A DNA stretch of 54,463 nucleotides from Hydrurus foetidus (Eukaryota). How positions within the stretch are numbered: position 1 is the first letter of the stretch; every line of letters begins with the position of its first letter. The stretch spans positions 1-54,463 of the forward strand of contig UYFQ01000117.1 of assembly GCA_900617105.1 (NCBI GenBank), in the 5' to 3' direction. The notes beneath the pieces are model-generated. The model was not told the origin of the DNA. It searched no databases and saw nothing but the letters and a program-made list of their open reading frames with translations. The translations under genes were made by a program, and so were the position numbers. Below, piece after piece: positions 26,782 to 37,489 of the stretch.

Positions 26782-27085
26782 AATTAACTTTTAGCGAAGA
26801 TATTGCTTTGATAAAATTGTGTGGAGGAGTGACAAACCAAGTTTAATTAATACTTCAAGAAACAAGTAATCCAAAAATATGTGATCCGTAATCCTTATAA
26901 GGGCTACAGGTTTTCAAAACGTATTTTCGATTACAGATATTAGGATTACGATTCCGTAATCCTTATAAGGGCTTGCACAGTACCGATTACGAAAACGATT
27001 TTTCGATTACGAGTTTTTTTAAATCCGTAATCCGTAAACGGTGCGCTATCAGGTTTGGCTAATAAAAAAAAAAGATGTTTGTGGC

Positions 27086-28117
27086 AAGGGGGTATAAAAG
27101 GAGAGGGGGCGGTTTCGTGACCCATCCCCACTCAAATTTTTCTCACCAACCCCTCACCTAATTTTCAAAATTCTGAACTGCCCGGGTCATAGTATGGTGC
27201 AGTGCGAAGTACCGCATAGTCAAAGAGATTTCAGCCTATGGGAGCAACTGCGAGCAATTCCACTCCTGAGTAACTCAAAACTAACGAGGGCTCAATGTTT
27301 CATTACTTACAGCACATGAAACATGTTGTAACTTTAAAATGTCTATCTATTCTATAAAAATCAGCCTTATTTTGTGGCTGCACAACCGAGACTGCCAATT
27401 GCAGGAGCGATGAGATCCTGCAGCAGATCCTAAACTTCGCAATACGTCAAGCCTTTAGAGAGCTATCCAGATGTCCTCTTAGCCCTGATCGAAGTATAGA
27501 AGAGTTGAATACCATGAGATCAATTTCTCGCCAAACAATGCTCGAAAAACAGTTCAACGGCAGTCGAGCAGAGGATCACTACCTTCAGCCACGATAAACA
27601 TCTTCTCGGACATGGTATCGTCTTCCCAGTACATTTTAAACTGTTGGCCTGTAGAATTTGTTACAGCAATGCAGAGAAAATTAGGTGAAAGTAGACGGCA
27701 AATTTGTCGAAATCGATAACTTTATGAATATTGAACTGTGCCTTGGCAAATTCAGGGAATAGCTTTGTTGTGGATGAGTTGAGCTTTTCCCTGAATCTGC
27801 CAAGGTGACGATCAGTATTCGAATTTTGACTTCATCAAGAGAAGCTTACCATAATGGGGAAGAACCAAATGGCGACATCCGTCGCAGACAAAATTCGTTG
27901 AACTGATGGAGTGGAAAATTATAACACACCATCGCGGCCGATGGACGATGACGCGCTGCAGTTTCTGGGCTTACTACATGCTGCCAAAGTGGAGGTTGAA
28001 TTCAGCATTCATGATGTCGACTGCACTCGGGTAGTTCAGAGTCGAGTGAAGGATTGGTGAGAAAATTTTGAGTGGGGATGGGTCTCGAAACCGCCCCCTC
28101 TCCTTTTATACCCCCTT
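27086..28117. mobile_element. Non-autonomous Mutator-like (MULE) element, 1032 bp
   Basis: 72-bp TIRs (27086-27157 and 28046-28117, 4 mismatches) and a perfect 9-bp TSD GTTTGTGGC (27077-27085 and 28118-28126). No transposase ORF. Confidence 0.85.
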
Positions 28118-28131
28118 GTTTGTGGCAACAC

Positions 28132-29912
28132 GTGCACGAGAACGGATAAACGTACACGCCCTCCCGTTAAAAATGGAATTCAAATGATACCTCGAAACTT
28201 AGCAATGCAATGCATCTCCGTGCACAATAGCAAATTATCAGCTCCTCCCAAGGCAAAAGTAAATCAGCTGGATTGTCGCTGTGATCACTGCCGTTAGTGC
28301 CATGTAATCTCAAATTCGGTTAGACATCTTCTAAATTTTCAGAATTATTTTGAAACCCCAAAATTATGTGAACTTTTTCGGCATGTCACGTGCATCAATA
28401 TCGACCTCACTTTTGCACGCAGCATCAATTATAAGTCGTCTCATACACCATCATGTCTGATTCTGCAGTTTGCTGATCCACAGGGTGCTTCGTCAATTGA
28501 CGATGTCATAGATGACATCCTCAATGTCGTAGTAGAAAGTCTTCACTAGGAAGCTGGTAGCCTCGGCACCAAAATAACTAGAAAGGCTGCGAAACAGTGG
28601 AAATGTACGTATAGCATTATTGTTGAGGCGATCGAAAGTGTCCAACTCAAACGCATCAACTAAAAAAGTCTTTTGCAACTATTTGTAGGCCATGCCAAGA
28701 TTCTCGATGCTGCGAGATTTCTATTGAGTGAGATCGGTCGCTCGTCTCATCAGGAAGTCGGCCATGGCAGCGGCAGCGAATTTCTCATCAAGCTTTGTCG
28801 TTGTGGGTGTGCAGACAGTGTCTGTCAATTACCAGGTCATGCAAATGAGTGCAAAACCGCAGGATGTGGCCGAAGAGTTTTAATGCGTAGATAGAACATC
28901 GACAATCATATCATGTTATATTTACACATGTGATGTTTGATAAAATAATTCGCAAAGGCATATTCATCTATTCATTTCATAAAGGACGCTTCCGCAAGTA
29001 CTGTTTGTACTGCAGGAGTACCGTACCGCACTATACTCCTGAACGATATGATTTCACCTGAAATTACTGAAGGACGTTCACGCAGTAACTTGATCTCAAT
29101 GTCACTTAGCTAAGAGATCCCAGAGTCAACGGGATGAGTGTCTGCCGCCTGCAGTCAGTTGATTTGAATGTGCATCGTGAGAGTGAGAGCGAACTATTCT
29201 CTATTGCTGAATGATCATATTATCTAAATAATGAATTTCAGCGCTATTCACCGCGGCGGTATCTCTTACCTGATGCTCATAAGTAGCTGCTTCAAGGAAT
29301 TCGTTTTTTTCTGCATCGCTAGCTTGTTAGAGCAGTTGCAATCGGAAGGAAATCCTGGGTAGAGAGATAGATAGGTTTCGTTTGACATAAGCAATGGAAA
29401 TTTCTAGATTCTGAGGCGGCACAATTGATTCTTACATACCAAAGATCATTGTAAAAGGCCTCAAATGTTCATTGGTCATTCCTTATTGATGCTGCAAAGG
29501 ATCATAGGCATGCCAAAAAAGTTTTTGGTGATCCATCAAAATCGCACCAACGAACTATCCTCCCGGGTAGACAAGCCGGCAACTGGCTTCTGATACATCG
29601 AAATACACAGGGTTGAAAGGAATTTCATTAATTTTTTATCGCGTCTATGTTTTTGAACTTGCTCGATTTGTCAAAATATGGGTACCCGATGAAGCGAGTT
29701 CAAGAAAATTGAGAAATGAATGAAATCCCCTGGAATCAAGACAGCTCTGCCCTCCAAGCATCTGGGCAATGATCGCGCCAAGTCCGACGAGATGCCGTCA
29801 AGAAATGGATGAGCGCTATGTGTTGCCGTGACTCTGTCGATGGAGCTGTTTAGTGATTTCTCATGGATCCTTATTTTCCAAAATCCGTGTACCCTTATCC
29901 GTTCTCGTGCAC
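28132..29912. mobile_element. Possible decayed TIR element bounded by 27-bp inverted repeats
   Basis: GTGCACGAGAACGGATAAACGTACACG (28132-28158) is inverted at 29886-29912 with 25/27 identity. Interior has only short ORFs; no TSD found. Confidence 0.45.
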
Positions 29913-30125
29913 ACGAGTTTTTTCAAAAAATTTGAATCCGAAATTATTCAAATTATTCAAAAAATTACGAATATACTTTACTCTTTACTCCCCGCAGACG
30001 GAAGACAGAGGAAGTCGTACCCGCCGCTCAGAAATACTGTGCTACAGCAATCTGGAGCTTCCAGCTTGCTTCAGCCCCTCAGTTGTAGCCTGAATTGCTT
30101 TCTTACGAGAGAAATCTGATTTGTA

Positions 30126-33100
30126 ATGGTGCGACTGAGATATCAGGGCGATGTCGACAATGTTTACGAACAGATTAAAAATTCCGCATGTGGCCGTCAA
30201 GCCTGTACAGTTCTAATTCTGATCGCGAATGAGGTATGTTCATTACGTTGGGAGCGACTATACCTATGACTTACTGAGGTTATGATGGGGTTGCTTACAG
30301 GTGGACGCAATGGCGTCAAGCAGAATGCTAACTCAGTTGCTGAGGATAGATAATATCGCATATGCATTGAGACCTGTCTCCAATTTCGATCAAGTCATAG
30401 AAAGCTATCATTCATTTGTGACTTCAGAGATTAAGACAGTAATCTTGATAAATTGTGGTGCGGTACGTTGGATCGTACTCTTGGGAAATTATTGCTCTTC
30501 GAATTCAACAAACACTTACGTCTTTTTTTCCCAACAACATCAGATGCACAATATCCCCAAAGTGTTCGATTTAGAGAGAGGAGGCGACACAAGGTGCATC
30601 ATATTTGATAATCATAGACCACTTCATTTGGCGAACATCTATTCGCGGCATAGTGTTGTCGTATTTGAGGACGCCGACATGATGGAGGCTGACTCCATTT
30701 ATATCCCCTCCGATCACTCTGATGCTGATGAGGCATCCGACAGTACGGAGGCTAATTCGGAGAGCGATGAAGATGACGATGAAAATGAAGAGGTGGTTAT
30801 GGTGCATAGCATGCTTAAGGAAAATGAGGTGTATCATTCTTAACCTGACTCTGTCTCTCTGTTTATTCAGGATGAACTAGTGAGTAACAGCGGCTCTGAA
30901 AATGAGGCAGTAGAGGATTTTGAGCAGGGAGATGTAGAAAGTGGTGGTGATAATGGCAATGACTTAGACGGAGCAGTCGGTGATGATGAAGGTGGTGATG
31001 AAGATGATGATGAGGAGAAGGCTGAAAGAATCGATAGCAGAGTACCGCAGGATTCGAACTCTACGCCTGCAGTCAACGACCAAATAGGCACCGCAGACAT
31101 CGATGATGTTGGATTTGAAGCTGAGGCAGCAGTACAGGACACTGAGTCAAGGTCTGGCGATGTTGACGATGAGGACGCCGTGCGGGTTGTTGGCAGAAGG
31201 AGGAAGGCAATGGCTGAAGTGCACGATCCTTCGCGAGTAAGGAGAAGGAAACTTCGAGAGTACTACGCTGGAGGTGAGCGAATTTTACTCCACCTAAAAA
31301 ACGCCAACATTTACCATCATCACCTCTGACATCCATCTCGTGCGGTCACTAGGTGCCACTTACGCTGCCCCCACCGCAATGATGCTGATGAACCTTGTGT
31401 GGGGTCGAGCTGGAACTAACGTGCCCCTTGATCTCGTGTGGCAAGCGATACTGGGAGTCACCGACCAGTATCAGCGGGCGCACATAAGCGACGAGTACTA
31501 TGGTGAAGTATGCGCCCATCTTAGGGTGAGGAGATATGGACTGGACTGCTTTGCAACCTCACTCTCCTCTACTAGACACAAAAAATCCATCTTTCTGTTG
31601 TCTGCCATGAATTCATGCCCTCCCGTCATTCCACCCGAACATATCGAGCTTGAAAGTGGCTCCCAGCACGATGCAAATTTTCAGCATCTGAATGCACATT
31701 CAAACCCAGTATGGCCTCACATTACCCCATGCCTCCCTTTCCTTGTTCTTGTAGATATTACTATCCGAACATCTTGCAATCGCTGCTGATAGGATTCGCT
31801 ACACAGCAGGTGTGGGTGATGAGGAGGTAGCTGTCCCCGGAGCTGAGGCGGGCCACATAGAAGAGGTCCCAGAGTTTCGTTTTTTCCTCTACAGGTGTGC
31901 AGCCGAACACATTCATTTCTGTCACTTCTCTCCACACCTGCACCTTATGAGCCTGGCAAACTCCTACAGCAGAGATACAGTGCATTTTCTTTTTTTGGAG
32001 GATTATTCTGGGATCATTTGAAGTTGTGTACGAGAGTTGCACAGTAGCTCTTCTCCCTCCCCTCATTCTTGAGTTCCGTCTCGACAGGCACTGGTCAATA
32101 TTTGATGCGATGTACCACTCCCCATACATCGCATCCAAGATGCCTGTGTGGAAAGCTCAGGGCACCGTCAGACTTAAGGTGATTCGATAGTGCGGGTGTA
32201 TGCCTCATCAGATCCATTGTGTCTATTTGTCTGCTAGTCTGCGTTGCCGTCATTGTGCCCCCAGGTTAATCTCGTGGCCACTTCGACTCTTTTGATGGCT
32301 TCTCTCAATTCTACAGGAGCTGCTCGCCAAGATGGGCATCCCCCTGTACCAGTGCGAGCAGAGTTACGCCTTCATGGCCCCTGGACTCAAGTACGTACCC
32401 CACTGTCTGGCCGTATTTGCCCATACCGGCTAATTTTCTATCGATTGTTGTCCCCTCCTAATGACTATCCGCATGATATCATCCCCTCTTTCTTCCATCT
32501 TGATCTTTCAATAGAAACCACTTCAGGCAGCAGATCACGAAAGACACCTTAAAGGCTGAGTATAATCTTCAGAACCCAGATGTCACGTACCGAGTAAGCA
32601 ACACTTACGAACTTCAGCTCAATCACTGCGTCCGCTTTTGTTCTGATTAAGATATCTTTCTATCTGTTCTGCAGTCATTTTTCCGGTACAATAGCTTCAA
32701 GAACCCCGTCGGGGCCAGCGATGTGGTGTACGCCTCCTCGTCCCTGCTCGAGATGTTCAGTAGTGCTCCTTCCTCTTCCTCCTCGTCATCCTCCTCGTCT
32801 TCTTCATCCTCCTCTACACCCTCTACCGATGAAGAGAGTGTCGTGCTGGAAGGAGTTCAGCGCCAAGCGGCCTTCAACGAAGCTTACGACTGCCTCAGCA
32901 TGCAGTCGGAGGCGCTTCTCAAGAAAGGCATTCTCTCCGCTCTAACCCTACAGAAGGTAACCACATTCATCTAATTTAATCTAATATAATCTAATCCAAT
33001 CTCACCAAATTCTTCCTTGTGTCATCTGTCATCTATCATACGGTACAATTCTTCACTCTACACCCGCTCACTCACCACAATTATTGTCAATTAGTCCTAG

Positions 33101-34229
33101 CCACTCTCAATCATCGTCAGCCATGTCTGCCATCTTTCTCTCACTCATCACTATTTCAATGCTCCAGATGATAGTAAAGAAAGCAGCAGTGATGATGGAG
33201 GCGCATGAGTCGCTGCAAAAACTTAATAGGTTGTACTTCGCGTACGTGCATCAGTCCACATCTGTGACAACGACCACTGCTGGTAAGCGACTGACTCCTC
33301 ATGAGGGCAATCACATCCTCTGAAATTGCCGTATTCGGAAGAGTCGTCATCACTCATTTGAACCCACAGTTACATTAATGTCTCGTATACGAATTGTTGC
33401 AAATCAGATGGAGAAATGGATGCGGCTTTCACGCGTCCCTTAGTGCTTGCTCGTCTTGGGCAATTTATCATGGAAATAAAGGTGAAACTCCTGAATAAGA
33501 TCCTTTCTTCCCTCCCTCCTCCCTTCGCATGACTGCGCACTAACTCTGAACCCCGACATCCCCGTCATCAGCTGAATACAGCTAAACGGCTGGGAGGCTG
33601 GGTGGGGCGCAAGAATGTTCTACCTCTTATTCTGTGTTCCGAGAAGAAGCACTCGTACGTCATCGTGGGCATCTCTCCATTAGGAACCACTAGGGGAGCT
33701 GGAGATCTTTCGGACGAAGACCAGGTGCGCTTCTTCTCCAGATGATAGCTGGGAGTCAGTCTATGTGCCTCCAACAGTGTCCATCGCGTGACATTCATTT
33801 TATCACTTTGTTCTCCGCTTGACAAGCCTTACTTGGACTCATTCATTTCAGCAAGCCATCAGACAAGTCACGAACTTTCGACAGTTCTTCATGCTCGCTG
33901 CGAAGGAAATACGGACGAAGCCTCTGTATGAATGTAAGTCACGAATAATTGATTTCTCTTCGGCCAGATCCCCTTGAACTCGATGCGAACCCGCCATCTT
34001 TCTTAATTGCTTCATCGCAGTATTTAAACATCATGTGTATCGAAAGCCTTTATTTGACCTAATGATATCTCGGCTCCGCTTACACTTTTTATTCTCAGCA
34101 TTTGACTCTGATGTCGTGGAGATTTCCAAGAGCGACACTCAGGACTTCTTGGGCGTGCTAGATGAGCTGCTCAAATCCGCCACGAAGAATTACTTCACCT
34201 TTACTGGGCAGGGCAACCTGGAGGTATAG
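30126..34229 (+). CDS. CDC45: DNA replication initiation factor CDC45 (CMG helicase component), 15 exons, about 771 aa
   Basis: Motifs EVDAMASSRML…DNIAYALRPV, INCGA, DNHRP, acidic insert, LYRHWSIFDAMYHSPY, ELLAKMGIPLYQCEQ. GT-AG exon model: 30126-30233, 30301-30462, 30544-30792, 30871-31273, 31353-31525, 31755-31894, 32088-32178, 32317-32390, 32515-32593, 32675-32956, 33168-33282, 33408-33481, 33572-33724, 33852-33933, 34099-34229; total 2316 nt, divisible by 3. Confidence 0.92.
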
Positions 34230-34603
34230 TGTCATTAATGCGATGGGCTCAAAGGTCGGTTAGGTCGCACACAGCTAGTTAGAACTATTGCAGTGACGTC
34301 GAGGATATACTATACCAATTCTGAAACAAGAAGTCTCGGCGCGTTTGCCTGATCGACCGATGTATAACTTCTTATCTTGGGTTCACCAGACCCAGGAGTA
34401 TTTAGTCCGAGGTACAATTTCAAACTGGTTATAACAAAGAAGCTTAACGCCACTCCGCATCAGCAGATAAACATATATAACAAACGGAACGCGAATTCAT
34501 TATTTTCTTGGAAAAAAGCAACAGGGACGAGGACGCATAACTGAAGACAGCTCGGTGCGATGCGGTGCAACTCTCCCAATCAGGTCCAGTCCGTAATTCG
34601 TCA

Positions 34604-35795
34604 TTACTTGCAGCCGACCAGTTTCTTCGGGGAGGATCTTTTCTTCGTTCTATCAATCGAGGCAGAGGGTGCATTAATCCCAGAGCCGAAACCTCCAGAC
34701 AAGCCATCGATCCGTCCTCTTGAATGAGACTGAGAAATGCCGGGTCGTATTTCACTACTACGCAAAAGCTTATGAGCTACACGAGGCAGACTGGCTCCAG
34801 CAGCACGACCAGAAACCTTTCTAACACTGCTGGCAGTGGCTGTTGTTGGCAGGATTTCATGGTTGGGAGATGTAACTCTCTCCTCCTCGCCAGCTTTTTC
34901 TGTCTGATCGGTGTTGTTTTTACTAACACCACTGCTGGATGCGAAGAACTCACCAGTTTGTACCTCTTCATCCGACTTACCCCCGGACGTATTTCCGCTA
35001 GTAAATGCACTGGAAGAATAGATTTGCGAGTCACCTAGTAAGGCTGTCTCAAGCTGCTCAAAAGCTGTCTCCTGTACTGACTGCGCGTCCCGCAATTTTA
35101 TCATCCACTCTCTCTCTCTTCTTTCGAGAGCTTTCACGAGTTTTTCAGCTTTGCGGGCGTCTGATTCTTCGACAGCAGCTTTCTTTTCATACGCCTCTTT
35201 AATCTTTCGATCATTCTCTCTTTTTTCCATTTCTCTTCTGTTTCTAGCTTCTTCTTCTTTTTTCCTAATTTCTTCACGCATTCTTTGTTTCATTCGAAGA
35301 TCTTTCTCCTGATCTTTCAACATAATTCGAGTTAGTTCCTTTCTCTCTTGCTGCATCTCAGTCACGTCTTCGCGTCTTTTGAGGTGAATACTCTCCAACT
35401 GCTCAGCCCTTTGACGACGCATTTCGTAGTCATTTTCTCTGGCTTTCGACTGTAATGTGCGTCTATGCTCTGTATTCTTACCAGTTGCTTCAAAACAATT
35501 CAACACCCGCTTCTCATTTTCAGCTCGCATGAGAAGAATTTCCAGAGCCCTCTCTTTGGTCTGCTCGATTTTTTTTCGAGCTCTTTCCTCTTCTTTTTGT
35601 AGCAAGGCGATGCGATTCCTGCGATTGTAACGTGACCACGATATCAAGAGAACATTTTAGTGTCGATCATTGGACGATATTATCTTACATGAGTAGCTGC
35701 GCATCATTTGCTGCCTGTTTCTTGCGATGTTTGTATATTGTGAGCTTCCTATTCACATCAACTTCATCAAGGTCCTCATCACCCAAGTGAGACAT
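34604..35795 (-). CDS. Coiled-coil protein of unknown function (2 exons, about 373 aa)
   Basis: Exons 35795-35689 and 35618-34604 joined by a GT-AG intron give MSHLGDED…AANDAQLLMNRIALLQKEEERARKKIEQTKERA. Long E/K/R-rich helical region followed by a low-complexity tail. Confidence 0.8.
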
Positions 35796-36221
35796 GGCGT
35801 TGATGAATATATTCCAGAAAGTTAGGTTTGGGCCAAGAAAGAAACAGAGTTATGATCGAATGTGAGCAGTTGCTTGCTGTCAACCAAATCAGTACCCTCT
35901 CCTACGACGATGCTCCTTTCAGAGAACCTTCAGTTTGATGTTGAGGAATACTGTGTTGAGAATGCTGATCAAAACGAAACCGGAGAAACTGTGCTAAAAA
36001 TCTTGGCCAGATTTACACGGAATGTTGGTTCTCTTTCCAAGAGTTTTCCTTTCTTTGTCATGTGCATCTTTGTTGCGTAAGTACGCTTAAAGCATTATCA
36101 CATATGCCGAACTACTTATCTTACATTTGGCTGCACTCGCATGACTGTGTGGGTGATACTCCAAAATATCGGGTCAAGTAGCCCGTCCCCTTCCCTCAAA
36201 AGTCTCCGAAGGGGCCGCTAC

Positions 36222-37394
36222 TCACTCTTCAGTATGCGGTGGCAGCCAGCTCCGTACGTCTTGAGTTGTTGGTCTTGAACCACCGGCGTTGGAGTTCGAT
36301 GCTAAAGGGCCTTGCGCTCCCGAGTAGTAATCATATACTTGTCTCATCACTTGAGATCCCGCCACATAGCCTCCTCGATCAAGCATGTCCGCTTCGGACA
36401 CACCCATTGCCCTCATTTGGGTGGTCGCTGCTTTTCTTAATGAGTGCGATGAGAAATAGTCCGGCGGTAGGCCAACGTCGATGCAAATTCCTTTGACAGC
36501 GTCCCTCACCATCCTCCCCGTGAGGGTCTTCCTATCGCACCTGTCTGAATTCTTCCTCGTGAGGTATCTGCAGAAGAGTTCATCCATTGGCTTCACTCCG
36601 GAGAACGCTACGAAAGTTACAAGATCGTCCAAGAATTGGGCTTCCTCTGGTGATCTGCGGCCTATCACTTTCGCCTTGGCTGGTGCTCCTGTCTTTTGTG
36701 ACGATGTTTGGACTTGGAACCCTGCCACCGAAGAAGCTAGACATTTACCGAAACGCACTTCCTGGAAGAACGCTCCTCCCCCAAGGACCTGAAAGTTCTC
36801 TGACCCATCGACCACGCTAAAGATCAAGTCCCGACATCGTACGCAGTGGTCTTCCGCATCTACCTCGTGGCTCGTGTATTCACCGACCCTCGCATCCATT
36901 TCATATCCCCACATGCAACCAACGTATGTCATCCTGAAATCAATGTCCTCACGCTCCCATCCTCTACCTTCCCACATCTTCCTCCTTAAGTCCGACAGAA
37001 GGTCTTCGCATATAGGAACTTTGGTGGTTGTTGCTGGTGGCCCGTCTTTTTTCTCTCGCAGCTCTTTTGCGGTAAGGCTACATGCCGCCCGCGCAGCAGA
37101 TATCATTGGCGATTCCAGGAATGCAGTAGAGAGCAAGGCTGCAGTAAAGTGCAGACGCACCCCGGCTGTTACGGCCGTTGCCTGCTTTCCTCTCGAGCCC
37201 CCTTGATGACGACTTTGAAGGAACAAGGCGACAGCTATTGACTTCTGCGACTCTGGCCACTCTTTTAGTAGGGGACAGGTTTCTCCCAGTTCCTCAGCAA
37301 TGAACTTGCACCAGAGTCTCCAATGTCCCTCGTACGTTTTCTCTGTCCTCCGAGTTACTGATGACTTGAGGAAAGTCCTTAGGCTGGCTGCCAT
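36222..37394 (-). CDS. Tyrosine recombinase of the DIRS-order retroelement
   Basis: Intact 390-aa ORF: N-terminal SAM-like segment (SSVTRRTEKTYEGHWRLWCKF), catalytic R (DARVGEY), K (SSQKT), HSLR, and Y (VMRQVY). Confidence 0.9.
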   Translation of the reverse strand: MAASLRTFLKSSVTRRTEKTYEGHWRLWCKFIAEELGETCPLLKEWPESQKSIAVALFLQSRHQGGSRGKQATAVTAGVRLHFTAALLSTAFLESPMISAARAACSLTAKELREKKDGPPATTTKVPICEDLLSDLRRKMWEGRGWEREDIDFRMTYVGCMWGYEMDARVGEYTSHEVDAEDHCVRCRDLIFSVVDGSENFQVLGGGAFFQEVRFGKCLASSVAGFQVQTSSQKTGAPAKAKVIGRRSPEEAQFLDDLVTFVAFSGVKPMDELFCRYLTRKNSDRCDRKTLTGRMVRDAVKGICIDVGLPPDYFSSHSLRKAATTQMRAMGVSEADMLDRGGYVAGSQVMRQVYDYYSGAQGPLASNSNAGGSRPTTQDVRSWLPPHTEE

Positions 37395-37489
37395 TGCCGG
37401 AGGGATCCTGTCGCCTTTCCCTGTGATGATATAATTTAATGGAGGAGAAGACGGGAGGGAGGGTTAGTGACTGCACTCGATCCCACTGT

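Larger units (their letters stand above)
6817..27060 (-). mobile_element. PIF/Harbinger DNA transposon (about 3.9 kb if the array is collapsed to one unit)
   Basis: TIRs GGCCAAACCTTATAGC (6817-6832) and reverse complement of 27045-27060, AGCCAAACCTGATAGC (14/16). Subterminal ACGGATTACGGATTT is inverted at 6836-6850 and 27021-27035. Two convergent genes, one a Harbinger transposase. A clean TWA TSD could not be resolved. Confidence 0.85.

Noticed and set aside
36222..37394. Tyrosine recombinase as a phage integrase, bacterial contamination or Crypton
   Set aside because: It is co-oriented and adjacent to RT-RNase H and a gag-like ORF, the DIRS-order layout, in intron-containing eukaryotic context.
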